Notes under the pieces: generated by a model
The model's database searches: none
What the model saw: only the letters and a program-made list of their open reading frames with translations
What the model was told of the DNA's origin: nothing
NCBI GenBank assembly: GCA_963827275.1
Contig: CAWHAA010000005.1
Coordinates: forward strand, 745,977-809,976
Direction: 5' to 3'
Length of the DNA: 64,000 bases
Source: an uncultured Spirochaetota bacterium
GTDB lineage: Bacteria; Spirochaetota; UBA4802; UBA5550
Shown: piece after piece, positions 21,437-30,982 of the stretch
How positions within the stretch are numbered: position 1 is the first letter of the stretch
How the letters are laid out: the number at the start of each line of letters is the position of its first letter
Made by a program: the position numbers and the translations under genes

Positions 21437-23380
21437 CTACTGCCTCTCCTGGTATTGTTTTATCTTGCCGTCGAGCGTGCCGCTCTTCTTCATGTCATTG
21501 GACTTGCGCCAGTACCTGAGCGCGTCCTCAATTTTTCCCAATCTCTGGTAGGTGTCGCCGATATGGTCATAGACCGCAGGGTCGGGCGTGTTGGCCTTCA
21601 GCAGAAGGTCCTCGGCCTCGAGGAGCGTTTCAAGCGCCAGCTTGTAATCGCCCTTGCGGAAATAGGCCCATCCCAGGGAATCCGTGTACGCCCCGTTCGC
21701 CGGCTCAAGCTCGAGCGCCTTGCGTATCAATCCCAGCGAGACGTCTATCTTCATGTTGTTGTCGGCGTAAAGGTACCCGAGGTAGTTATAGGCGCGCGCG
21801 CTCCCGGGGTTGTGCTTGATCGCCTTCTCGAGCGAATCTATCGCCAGGTCAAGCTTGGACAGCTTTTCCATGACGATGGCCATGTAAAAATAATAGGTCT
21901 CGCTCGTGTCCTCGAGGGTGATCGCGCGGCGGATATGCCGTTCCGCCGTGGGGTAGTCCTCCCGCCAGATAGAGAGGAGCCCCTTGAAGAAGTGGGGCCG
22001 CGAATTGGCGGGCTCTCTGGCGGAGGCCCGGTTGAAATAGCGCATCGCGCTTTCATAGTCACTGGCAGCGCCGTACAGGTAGCCGATATGGAGCATCAGG
22101 TCGATATCGGGCTGGAGGGCGTTCGCCCCGAGGTAGTTGTACAGGGCAAGGGCGTACAGGCGCTTCTCCTCGTAGGCCTTCCCCAGGTAGTAGAAGACAC
22201 CCGGCACCGACGGGTTGAGCCTGCCCGCTTCGTTGAAACAGCGTATCGATTCATCGTACAACGCGCTGTTAAACATCAGCACGCCGGTCGCGACATATTC
22301 GCTGAAGGCCGCGCCCGTGTCGCCCTTTCTCGCGTTGATCCGCGCCATCGCCAGGTGGATCGAGATGGTCCTGGGGGCCGCCTTCATGATGCCCGCGAGG
22401 AACTTCTCCGCCATGTCGTCCTTCTTTAAAAGCTCGCAGTAGAGGCCCCGGGCCAGGATGCCGCTCAAGGACGCGTTGTTCTTCGCCCGTCCCAGGTGGG
22501 CGACCGCCCGATGGTCGCCGCGGAGGTAATAGACCCTTCCGAGGACCGAGTTGATGACCGGGTCGCCGGGCCGCTTCTCGAGAAATTCCAGCGCGCAGCG
22601 CTCGGCGTTGGAGAGGTCGTACATTTCCAGATACGTCAGGGCGAGATAATAGATTGCGTCCGGGTTCTCCCTGTTGATCTCGAGCGCCTCGCGGTACATC
22701 GCCACGGCCTGCGACAGCTCCCCCTTCCGGTAGGCGATGTTCGCCAGGCTCACCAGCGAGCGTTCCCGGTAATAGTCTTCGACCGGCACCCGGTTGGACA
22801 TGTCGATGACGCTTTTAAACGCCGCGGACGCCCGGTCCGCGTCGCGCATGTTGTTGTAATAATGCTCGGCGAGGATATAGCGCACCTGCACCGATTCCGG
22901 CTTCACCTTCAGGTACTCTTCCAGGATACCGGCCGCGGCATCGTATTTTTTTTGCTTCAGGTAGATGTTGAAAATCCTGTTGTAGACCCGCATGTTTCCC
23001 TTGTCGATGGCGATGCTCTTCCGGGCGTACTCCAGGGACGGCGCGTAATCATTCATGAAAAAATAGCAGTCCGAGATCTGAAAGTACACCCTGTCCAGCG
23101 AGACGCCGGAGGCGGTCGCGTCCTGGAAAGAGCGGAGCGCCTTCTTTAAAAGTGCCTCGCGCGATGGGCCTTTCCGCTCCTGCATGGCCAGGTTCCTGTA
23201 ATAAAGGCCCCAGCTGTAACGCGACCAGTCAGCGGCGTCACCGTCCCGGGGCGCCCCGTCCATCGTCTTCGCGCGCTTCAGCTCCGCTGCCGACGCGGGG
23301 CCGTTCCAGGGCGCCGGCGCCAGGGCCGAAAGGAAGATGACGGATGCGGCAATGATTGCTTTGACGGGTGCGGTCAACAT
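21437..23380 (-). CDS. Secreted tetratricopeptide-repeat protein
   Basis: Signal peptide; many TPRs; AYNYLGYLYAD...YTDSLGWAYF C-terminal motif. Confidence 0.9.
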   Translation of the reverse strand: MLTAPVKAIIAASVIFLSALAPAPWNGPASAAELKRAKTMDGAPRDGDAADWSRYSWGLYYRNLAMQERKGPSREALLKKALRSFQDATASGVSLDRVYFQISDCYFFMNDYAPSLEYARKSIAIDKGNMRVYNRIFNIYLKQKKYDAAAGILEEYLKVKPESVQVRYILAEHYYNNMRDADRASAAFKSVIDMSNRVPVEDYYRERSLVSLANIAYRKGELSQAVAMYREALEINRENPDAIYYLALTYLEMYDLSNAERCALEFLEKRPGDPVINSVLGRVYYLRGDHRAVAHLGRAKNNASLSGILARGLYCELLKKDDMAEKFLAGIMKAAPRTISIHLAMARINARKGDTGAAFSEYVATGVLMFNSALYDESIRCFNEAGRLNPSVPGVFYYLGKAYEEKRLYALALYNYLGANALQPDIDLMLHIGYLYGAASDYESAMRYFNRASAREPANSRPHFFKGLLSIWREDYPTAERHIRRAITLEDTSETYYFYMAIVMEKLSKLDLAIDSLEKAIKHNPGSARAYNYLGYLYADNNMKIDVSLGLIRKALELEPANGAYTDSLGWAYFRKGDYKLALETLLEAEDLLLKANTPDPAVYDHIGDTYQRLGKIEDALRYWRKSNDMKKSGTLDGKIKQYQERQ

Positions 23381-23386
23381 ACAGCA

Positions 23387-23415
23387 AAGATAGTATCCGA
23401 GTATATTATTGTCAA
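23387..23415 (-). promoter_or_regulatory. Sigma70 promoter, probably giving a leaderless mRNA for the TPR gene
   Basis: TTGACA-17bp-TATCTT-6bp-ATG on the minus strand; no SD sequence. Confidence 0.6.
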
Positions 23416-23473
23416 ATCTTATTGGCCGCGCCGCCCGTGGACAGGCCGGCGACGGGGCCGGATATTTATTAAA

Positions 23474-23503
23474 TTGACAAATATGGCTGTAACAATATAT
23501 ATT
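23474..23503 (+). promoter_or_regulatory. Sigma70 promoter for the zinc peptidase operon
   Basis: TTGACA followed 16-18 bp later by TATATA/TATATT. Confidence 0.5.
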
Positions 23504-23590
23504 TAAACGCTGTCCAAATAGTACGGGACGGCTCGCGGCCACACCGGCGTCAGGCGCCGCGCCCATACTGATTGCGAATGGAGGATTACA

Positions 23591-24289
23591 ATGTTTTACG
23601 GTATAGATCCGCTCTACTGGATGATGATGGCACCGGTATTGATCCTTTCAATTTACGCGTCCATCAAGGTCAAGAGCACATTCAAGAAATATTCGAAAGT
23701 GATGTCCGCGTCAGGACTGACGGGAGCGGAGGTCGCCGTCCAGATACTCCGGCACAACGGCCTTACGAATGTCACCGTGACCGAAACGGGGGGCTTCCTC
23801 TCTGACCATTACGACCCGATGAAAAAAGTCGTGCGGCTCTCGCCCGAGGTATACCGGAGCAATTCCATCTCCGCCATCGGCGTTGCGGCGCACGAGACGG
23901 GCCACGCAGTGCAGCACGCGAAGGCGTACGGTCCCCTGGTATTGAGAAACACCATGGTCCCGGTGGCGAACATCGGGTCCAGCCTGTCATGGATCATCAT
24001 CATCGCCGGCTTCATCTTCGGGGCGATGGGCCTGGTCAAGGTCGGCATCGTGCTCTTCAGCGTTGTCGTGTTCTTCCAGCTGGTGACCCTCCCGGTCGAG
24101 TTCAACGCGTCCACCCGCGCCAGGGCAATGCTCTCCTCCTACGGCATTATCTCCGAAACGGAGCTGAAGGGCGTGGGCAAGGTCCTCTCCGCCGCGGCAA
24201 TGACCTACGTGGCCGCCGCAGCTTCCTCGATCATGACACTTCTCTATTTCCTGATACGGGCGGGGCTCCTGGGCGGCAGGGACGAATAA
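23591..24289 (+). CDS. Neutral zinc metallopeptidase (YugP / Zn_peptidase_2)
   Basis: LSDHYDP, AAHETGHAVQH, TLPVEFNAS, AAMTYVA. Confidence 0.93.
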   Translation: MFYGIDPLYWMMMAPVLILSIYASIKVKSTFKKYSKVMSASGLTGAEVAVQILRHNGLTNVTVTETGGFLSDHYDPMKKVVRLSPEVYRSNSISAIGVAAHETGHAVQHAKAYGPLVLRNTMVPVANIGSSLSWIIIIAGFIFGAMGLVKVGIVLFSVVVFFQLVTLPVEFNASTRARAMLSSYGIISETELKGVGKVLSAAAMTYVAAAASSIMTLLYFLIRAGLLGGRDE

Positions 24290-24438
24290 ATACAAATTTT
24301 TTTATTGAAATCCGGTCGCGGCCATGATCTAATCCCGGTGGGGGCGGAGAGACACCCCTCCCCGCGGAATTGGAAGATCGGGCCGCGCATTATTTCCGGG
24401 CAGCATCGTAGTGTAAAACGCGCGAGGCAAGACGGCGC

Positions 24439-25386
24439 ATGAGAATAAAAGACCTGCTCTATAAAATTAAAATCCTGGTGCTCAGGCCCCTGCGGGCGGT
24501 GAAGGACTTTGTCGTCACCGACCTGCGCTGCGTCATGAAAAATTTCGGCGAGCATGACGGGGAGCTCTCCACCTGCTCTCTTGCGTTCTTTCTGCTGATC
24601 TCCTTCATCCCGCTCTCACTGGTCCTGATCGCGACGATGAGCTTCTTCTTCAAGTCGGACGACATGGCGGCATTTTACATCTCCCAGCTCAAAAGCCAGC
24701 TCCCCTCCATCGACATCGGGAAATTCATCGCCGTGATTGAAAAAATAATATACAACAAGCGCTACCTGGCCTTCATCTGGGTCCCCTTCCTGTTCTGGTG
24801 GGGGAGCTTCGTCTTCGATATAATCGAGCGGGGCCTGGAAAAGGCCTTCCGGATCAACGAGTGCCGGGTGTACTGGAGGGCCAAGATCCGCCACTTCATC
24901 ATCATCCTTGGCATGGCGTTCTTCATCCTCGTCGTGACCGTCTTTTCGAACTTCATCGCGCTCCTCAAGAACGCCGGCCTGGCCCTTTTCCTCGAAGCGA
25001 ACCTGAACGAGGTAGGGGTCCTGAACGACCTTCTCTCGATCATCGAGAGCATCCCCCTTCTCCTCTCCGCGGTCACCACGATGTTCATGAATACGCTGCT
25101 GATCTTCACGATCTACCGGTTCGTACCGCCGAAAAAGCTCGGCAACCTGTCGCTCTTCAAGGGGGCCCTCTTTGCCTCGTTCAGCTACGAGGTGGTCAAG
25201 TCCCTCTTCTCATACTATATAAAGGAAATCAACGACTACACCTCGATCTTCGGATCACTCAACACCATCGTCATCCTCATGATATGGATATGGTACACCT
25301 GTTTCCTCTTCATTATCGGGGCAGAGATGGCCTGGGTCTTCCATGAAAAGACCGCGTGCGTTGACGAGCGGATCATCGACACGTAG
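24439..25386 (+). CDS. YihY/virulence factor BrkB family membrane protein
   Basis: LAFFLLISFIP; IYRFVP; IFGSL...WIWY...IGAE. Confidence 0.88.
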   Translation: MRIKDLLYKIKILVLRPLRAVKDFVVTDLRCVMKNFGEHDGELSTCSLAFFLLISFIPLSLVLIATMSFFFKSDDMAAFYISQLKSQLPSIDIGKFIAVIEKIIYNKRYLAFIWVPFLFWWGSFVFDIIERGLEKAFRINECRVYWRAKIRHFIIILGMAFFILVVTVFSNFIALLKNAGLALFLEANLNEVGVLNDLLSIIESIPLLLSAVTTMFMNTLLIFTIYRFVPPKKLGNLSLFKGALFASFSYEVVKSLFSYYIKEINDYTSIFGSLNTIVILMIWIWYTCFLFIIGAEMAWVFHEKTACVDERIIDT

Positions 25387-25433
25387 CCCGACCGGCCTCG
25401 TCCGGGCGGGACACTTAACAACGGGGGAAGCAT

Positions 25434-26762
25434 ATGGCAACCGGGACCAGGGCATCGGGGAAAGAGATATTCGGGTGGGCGATGTTCGACTTCGCGAATT
25501 CGGCCTACACCACCGTCATCATAACAGTCGTCTTCTGCGTCATATTCCCGAAAATAATCGTGGGTGACGCGCCCGAATTCCGCCTGGGCAACCTTCTCTG
25601 GAGCGTCGCGCTCTCGGCAAGCTACCTGGTGGTGCTCCTGACCGCGCCGCTGTTCGGCGCGATCGCGGACTTCGCCGCGGCAAAGAAAAAATTCCTGTTC
25701 GCGAGCTACCTGCTGACCGTGCTGGCCGTGTCGGCGCTCTATTTCGTGTCGCCGGGCGACATACTTCCCGCCATGCTCCTGGTCATCCTGTCAAACATCG
25801 GGTTCTGCTACAGCGAGTCCTTCGTATCCAGCTTCCTCCCCGACCTGGGGCCGCCGGAAGACCTGGGCAGGATCTCCGGGTACGCGTGGGGCCTCGGGTA
25901 TTTCGGCGGCCTTTCCTCCACCGCCATCGTGCTCTTCGGGCTCGGCGCGCTCACCGCTGAAAATTTTCCGAACCTCCGGTTCGTGGGCCCCGTCACCGGC
26001 ATCTTCTTCCTGGTGGCCGCCATACCCACCTTCCTCTGGGTGAAGGAGCGCGGCGCCAGGAGGCCGCTCCCCCCGGGGAGCTCCTATCTCTCCGCCGGCT
26101 TCAGGCGCCTCAGGAAGACCATCGCCGACATCGGGGACTACCGCGACCTCGTGATACTGCTCGCGTCGTTCTTCTTCTCCTATGCCGGGCTTTCAATCGT
26201 CATAAGCTTCGCCTTCATCTTCGGGGACCAGGTGATCAGGTGGTCGGGGCTGACGCAGATGCTGATGTTCATCATAACGCAGTTCACCGCGGCGGGAGGG
26301 GCCTTCCTCTTCGGCCACCTCCAGGACCGCATGGGCGCCAAGCGCACCCTCATGATGACGCTGGTGATATGGGTGGTCGCGGTCTCCCTGATCTACGGCG
26401 TTGAATACGTCACCCTCTTGCTGAACGGTGTCTTCGGCGCCTCCTGGCAGACCCAGCATGTCTTCCTCGTCATCGGCTCGCTCGCGGGGCTCGGCCTCGG
26501 CGCCACCCAGTCCGCATGCCGCGCGATGGTGGGGCTCTTCTCGCCGGACACCAAGTCGGGTGAATTCTTCGGGTTATGGAACCTCACCGGAAAGCTCGCC
26601 GCCATATTCGGGCTCATGGGGCTCGGCATTCTGCAGAACAGCTTCGGCATGAAAAACGCCATCCTGATCTGCTCGGTCTTCTTCATCCTCGCCATCGTCG
26701 TCCTGGCGTTTGTCGATGAGGAGCGGGGCAAGGCGTCAGCGCTCGAGCATTCGGGGGAATGA
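25434..26762 (+). CDS. MFS transporter, UMF1/Atg22-like
   Basis: WAMFDFANSAY; GRISGYAWGLGYFGG; SGEFFGL; about 12 TM segments. Confidence 0.9.
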   Translation: MATGTRASGKEIFGWAMFDFANSAYTTVIITVVFCVIFPKIIVGDAPEFRLGNLLWSVALSASYLVVLLTAPLFGAIADFAAAKKKFLFASYLLTVLAVSALYFVSPGDILPAMLLVILSNIGFCYSESFVSSFLPDLGPPEDLGRISGYAWGLGYFGGLSSTAIVLFGLGALTAENFPNLRFVGPVTGIFFLVAAIPTFLWVKERGARRPLPPGSSYLSAGFRRLRKTIADIGDYRDLVILLASFFFSYAGLSIVISFAFIFGDQVIRWSGLTQMLMFIITQFTAAGGAFLFGHLQDRMGAKRTLMMTLVIWVVAVSLIYGVEYVTLLLNGVFGASWQTQHVFLVIGSLAGLGLGATQSACRAMVGLFSPDTKSGEFFGLWNLTGKLAAIFGLMGLGILQNSFGMKNAILICSVFFILAIVVLAFVDEERGKASALEHSGE

Positions 26763-26799
26763 CCGGCCGCGCGGCGCGGGGGGACGGTGCGCGCCGCCC

Positions 26800-27831
26800 C
26801 TACCTGCCGTGCTTCGCCTTTATCTCCCTTGACTTTTTGAACCACGTCTCCGCGAGGTCATTGCTGTTACGCATCTTCATGATCAGCCCGATGCTGTTGT
26901 AGGGAACATAGTTGCCCGGATCGAGCCTGATGCTGTCAGTATATTCCCGCAGCGCCCTGTCGTATTCCTTCATGTCAAAGAAAATATCGCCCAGCGTATT
27001 GTGCGTCGTCGCGCGCGACGGATCGAGCTCGTTGGCCCTGGCCAGATCGGCCAGCGCTTCGTCGAGGCGCCGCGCGGCGTAGTGCGCCGTGCCGCGGTTA
27101 TGGTAGGCGGAAGAAAACCGCGGATAGAGCCGTATCGCAGTGCTGAAACAGGGCACCGACTCCCCGTACCGCCGCTCCGTCATGAGGTGCGCGCCGATGT
27201 TGTTGTACTCTACGCCTATAAATTCCTTGCGCGTCAGGCCCTTCATGTACACGCCGGCCCTGATCGATTCCGCCGGGATCCCGAGTGCGGAGATATAGTA
27301 GGCATCCGGATCGTGCCGGGAACGGGTCGGCTCCCAGTTGAGATAGGTGCCGTCGTCAAAGCAGAACCGGAGGAAGCTGTGGTTGGGCGCATACACCGGG
27401 ATGAGGGGGATCTTCAGCACCTCCGCGACCGCGATGTAGAGGGCGCAGTAGTTGTCGCAATCGATCTTCTTCCGCTCAAGCCCCCTGCAGAGCAGGAGGT
27501 TGTTCGCGGTCGTATAGCCCTCCTCCTTCAGCAGCGCATCGATGACGCGGAGGGTCCGCAGGGCCTCCTCCGTGGTATAGGACCGGGCGGGGCCGAGGCG
27601 CGCCATCGCCTTCCCGATCAAACGGTTGACCGCGGCGCGGTGCTTTTCCCCGGCGCCGAAGTCCTTTTCCAGGTCAAGAAAATCGTGCGCGATGGTCTTC
27701 GGCTCCCCGGTATATACGGCGGGTCCGGGATTCTTCCCGGTCGCGGTCACGCATTGGGCAGAGGCAAACAGAAATAGTGCGGCGGCCAGCAGCAGGCGCG
27801 CCGGCATTGATTTTGAGCAAAATTTTTTCAT
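26800..27831 (-). CDS. Transglutaminase-like (SirB1-type) + TPR protein
   Basis: DCDNYCALY...APNHSFLR...NWE putative C/H/E triad, then TPRs. Confidence 0.7.
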   Translation of the reverse strand: MKKFCSKSMPARLLLAAALFLFASAQCVTATGKNPGPAVYTGEPKTIAHDFLDLEKDFGAGEKHRAAVNRLIGKAMARLGPARSYTTEEALRTLRVIDALLKEEGYTTANNLLLCRGLERKKIDCDNYCALYIAVAEVLKIPLIPVYAPNHSFLRFCFDDGTYLNWEPTRSRHDPDAYYISALGIPAESIRAGVYMKGLTRKEFIGVEYNNIGAHLMTERRYGESVPCFSTAIRLYPRFSSAYHNRGTAHYAARRLDEALADLARANELDPSRATTHNTLGDIFFDMKEYDRALREYTDSIRLDPGNYVPYNSIGLIMKMRNSNDLAETWFKKSREIKAKHGR

Positions 27832-28048
27832 GATGTGATACCCTCCCGGGGGAATGTTAATTTGCGCCTTACAATAGCTGAAATTACCTTAAAAACTCAT
27901 CATTTTATGCAAAAAACCGGTATTGCGCCCTGGAAATGATTATCCACTAACATGCCATGGTTTTTTTCTCAAGCATAAAAGCCCCCGCATCGATGGCCCG
28001 CCCCTGCCAAAATATGCCGCTTAATCATGATCGAAAAAAAAATTGACC

Positions 28049-28076
28049 TTGACTTATTGATTTTAGCTGATATTGT
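28049..28076 (+). promoter_or_regulatory. Candidate sigma70 promoter of the RRM gene
   Basis: TTGACT-16bp-TATTGT with extended TG. Confidence 0.4.
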
Positions 28077-28126
28077 GGCATCCTGTATCACAAAATGCAT
28101 CTGTTTAAGCAAGGAGAAGAAGCAAA

Positions 28127-28399
28127 ATGAAAATCTATGTGGGGAATCTGCCGTACGCGGTAAATGACGCTGATCTCGAAAAGATGTTTTCTCCGTTTGG
28201 TTCAGTAACTGAGAGCAAAATCATTACCGACAGGGACACCGGCAGATCGAAAGGCTTCGGGTTTATCGAAATGCCCAACCAGACAGAGGGCGATGAGGCG
28301 ATCAAGCAGCTTGACGGCAAAGAGATGGAAGGAAGAAACATCAAAGTCAACGTTGCCAAGCCGAAAGTTGATACCCCCCGCCGAGGTCCGCGGTATTAA
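28127..28399 (+). CDS. RRM-domain RNA-binding protein
   Basis: IYVGNL (RNP2), KGFGFIEM (RNP1). Confidence 0.96.
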   Translation: MKIYVGNLPYAVNDADLEKMFSPFGSVTESKIITDRDTGRSKGFGFIEMPNQTEGDEAIKQLDGKEMEGRNIKVNVAKPKVDTPRRGPRY

Positions 28400-28468
28400 T
28401 ATCGCTTAGCCGCTGCACATTTTCCGGTTATACAATTTTTTAATCTCCGGGACGAGAAAGAAAGAAGC

Positions 28469-28508
28469 ATCTATCAGGTCGTGCCTGTATGCGCGGCCTG
28501 ATAGATTT
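28469..28508. terminator. Hairpin between convergent genes, probable terminator
   Basis: ATCTATCAGG...CCTGATAGAT inverted repeat followed by TT. Confidence 0.55.
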
Positions 28509-28579
28509 GTGCGCGCGGGAATACATCCTGTTAAACCTATCACCGCTTCATGCCGGCGACGGGCGCCGCGGGGCGTTTG

Positions 28580-28957
28580 TCACAGGCGCTGCGCGAGCGC
28601 CTCGTCTATGATGGCGTCCATGTCTTCATCGTACCGGTCATCCACGATGGACGCATCGGTCCCGACGACCTGCGCGCCGGCGGCGAATACCGAGTTCCAG
28701 GTCCCGGCGACCTGCGCGTTGACAAAGTAGTTCAGCTCCTCGCCGGCCTTCGACCCGCCCCATAACCCCGGCAGAACGGCAATCGCCAGCATGGCCGCGA
28801 GGGCCAGAGACGATATCGTGCCCGCCGCGGCGAAGCCCAGCCTCCTGGTACGGCGCCGGCGGTTGACGGCCCCTGCGATGCCGATGTTCCATTCTTCGCT
28901 CTTCAGCCGTGCCGCTATCCTGTCGTCAAATAATTTCTCATGCAATGTTTCCATCAT
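28580..28957 (-). CDS. Single-TM protein, putative anti-sigma factor
   Basis: Overlaps the ECF sigma stop; RRRRTRR then one TM helix. Confidence 0.6.
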   Translation of the reverse strand: MMETLHEKLFDDRIAARLKSEEWNIGIAGAVNRRRRTRRLGFAAAGTISSLALAAMLAIAVLPGLWGGSKAGEELNYFVNAQVAGTWNSVFAAGAQVVGTDASIVDDRYDEDMDAIIDEALAQRL

Positions 28958-29451
28958 ATTTCCTCCCCGGATAGTTTCTGGAGCATCTCTTTACCCCGGG
29001 AAAAACGCGATTTCACGGTGCCCCTTGTTATGCCGAGCGCGCCGGCAATCTCATCTTCATGCATCCCCCGGGCCTTGAGCGCCATGACTTCCCGGTACTT
29101 GTCCGGGAGCCTTCCGATCAGTCCCTCCAGCCGGGCGGCATCATCGGGAGTAAACGGGCCCGGATCGTATTCCCTCTGCCGTTCAGCGGCCTTCTCGGCC
29201 TTCACCTCTTCGCGCTCCAGCTTCTTGTTCATCCGGAACGACTCGTTCCTGGCTATGGCATACAGCCATGATTCAACCGACGACTCGTTCCTGAACAGGC
29301 CCCCTGCCAGGTGGCGGTACCCTCGCAGGTAGGCCTCCTGCACCACGTCGTCGATGGCATAAGAAAATCGTGCCGCCAGGTGCTTCCGCACGGCTGACAG
29401 CACGATCTTCTTGGTCCTTCCCACTATGGCCGCAAATTCTGTATCAGTCAT
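28954..29451 (-). CDS. ECF-family RNA polymerase sigma factor
   Basis: DDVVQEAYL, SWLYAIARN (region 2); EIAGALGITRGTVKSRFSRG (region 4). Confidence 0.93.
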   Translation of the reverse strand: MTDTEFAAIVGRTKKIVLSAVRKHLAARFSYAIDDVVQEAYLRGYRHLAGGLFRNESSVESWLYAIARNESFRMNKKLEREEVKAEKAAERQREYDPGPFTPDDAARLEGLIGRLPDKYREVMALKARGMHEDEIAGALGITRGTVKSRFSRGKEMLQKLSGEEI

Positions 29452-29494
29452 CCTGGCGCGGTCCTTTCAAATTTCCCCGGTCCCTGACGGGGCC

Positions 29495-30058
29495 TTACTT
29501 CCCGTCATGCGCCGGGCCATGCTGCCGGGCTTTCCTGTCAGCACCCTTCCCGTCCATCTTTTTGTCCTTCATGTCACGCATCCCGCCCTTCATCATGTGC
29601 TTGCGGTGCGCTTTCATTTTGGCCTTCTGTTCCGGCGTGAGCGTCTTCTCGATGTCAAGCCGATGCTGTATCCTGAGCACCTGCAGCTCGGCCTTGATGT
29701 CCGACATCTCCTTGACCAGCGCCCGGACCTTTGCCATGTCGACATTGTCCTCCAGGAGTTCACGCTGGAGACGTATCTTCATCGGGGCGAGCTTTTCACG
29801 GTACGCGAGCATCTTCTTCTGGTGCTCCTTGTTGATGTCCGTGATCTTCACCACCTGCGCATCGGTGAGCCCGAGCTCTTTCTGCAGTCTCGCCGGGTCG
29901 CCAAACAAATGGCCGCCGTGCCCCGCTTGCACCATCGGGCAATCCCTGGCGCCGCCGCGCATCTCCCCGCCCTTCCCGCCTTTCTGGGCATACAGCGCGG
30001 GCTGGACAAGCAGCATCACCGCGGCCGCCGCCACAAACAGCTTTGAAATATTCTTCAT
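29495..30058 (-). CDS. Spy/CpxP-family periplasmic chaperone
   Basis: Signal peptide; LGLTDAQ and LTPEQ (LTxxQ) motifs. Confidence 0.88.
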   Translation of the reverse strand: MKNISKLFVAAAAVMLLVQPALYAQKGGKGGEMRGGARDCPMVQAGHGGHLFGDPARLQKELGLTDAQVVKITDINKEHQKKMLAYREKLAPMKIRLQRELLEDNVDMAKVRALVKEMSDIKAELQVLRIQHRLDIEKTLTPEQKAKMKAHRKHMMKGGMRDMKDKKMDGKGADRKARQHGPAHDGK

Positions 30059-30110
30059 GATTCGTTCCTCCTGCCTTATTTTTCAAACCGGTCTTTCACG
30101 ATTGTATCCG

Positions 30111-30138
30111 TAAGACCCGCGAGGAGAAAAAAGGTTCC
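30111..30138 (-). promoter_or_regulatory. ECF (sigmaE-type) promoter upstream of the spy-sigma-antisigma unit
   Basis: Minus strand GGAACC-16bp-GTCTTA matches the GGAAC/GTC ECF consensus. Confidence 0.7.
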
Positions 30139-30168
30139 ATTTTTTACAAAAAATGTATCGGCGGGCCG

Positions 30169-30966
30169 CTACTGCTGCTTTTTGAACGCCGAAAGCCTGA
30201 AATCCCCGATGATTTCGGCGCCCCTATCGCGTATTTTCAGGATGGCGCCATACCCGGTACAGCCGGCGAAAAGGGCGGTGACCCGCTTTTTGCGTCGATC
30301 ATCCAGGAACAGCTTGTTAAACAGGAGCGGGGTTTCCCAGGCGGGGTTCCGTGCCTCGATCAGGCCATCGCAGAAATCAACGACCTCGTGGAGAAGAAAC
30401 GCCGACTCCTTGAGGTACTCGCTTTTATCGCGTTCGATATCGATTTCACGGACACCGGGACGCCGGAGCACCAGGATATGGTCCTCGATGCGCTTCGCCG
30501 GGAGGGTGCCCCGCGGCGCTGCCAGGGCGCCGAGCGCACCCTCAAGCGTAATGACGCGGTCTTTCAGGAGCTTGTCCTCCGCGAGCAGGAAGAGCACGGA
30601 AAGGTAATCGAGGGTGAATTCGGCAAGGGCGCCGTAGAAATGCGATATCTCCAGGCCTGCCTTCGGATGGAAGTTCAACGCCGGGTACTTCCTGATCCGC
30701 GCCGTCAGCTCCTCCATGATCCGGTCCACCTGGGCTGAAAAGGGCCGCTCCCCCTTTTTCTTCTCGTATTTTTGCTTGATTTTTTCGAAGTTGGTGATCT
30801 CGGCGAGGATGAAGGCCTCCATGTTCATCCCGTTCCTGACGGCCATGAGGTAGCGCTCGTTAAAGGCGTCGATGCTGAACCAGGTCGGGTTTTTTTTGGC
30901 ATACTCCCCGTACCGCTGCTTCAATTTTTCGATAAGGCCGCGAATTTCGCCTTCAGACATCGCCAT
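30169..30966 (-). CDS. Hypothetical protein
   Basis: 265-aa ORF with host-like codon use; AGGA RBS; downstream of the HEAT gene. Confidence 0.75.
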   Translation of the reverse strand: MAMSEGEIRGLIEKLKQRYGEYAKKNPTWFSIDAFNERYLMAVRNGMNMEAFILAEITNFEKIKQKYEKKKGERPFSAQVDRIMEELTARIRKYPALNFHPKAGLEISHFYGALAEFTLDYLSVLFLLAEDKLLKDRVITLEGALGALAAPRGTLPAKRIEDHILVLRRPGVREIDIERDKSEYLKESAFLLHEVVDFCDGLIEARNPAWETPLLFNKLFLDDRRKKRVTALFAGCTGYGAILKIRDRGAEIIGDFRLSAFKKQQ

Positions 30967-30982
30967 GTCCGGACGTCCTTTG

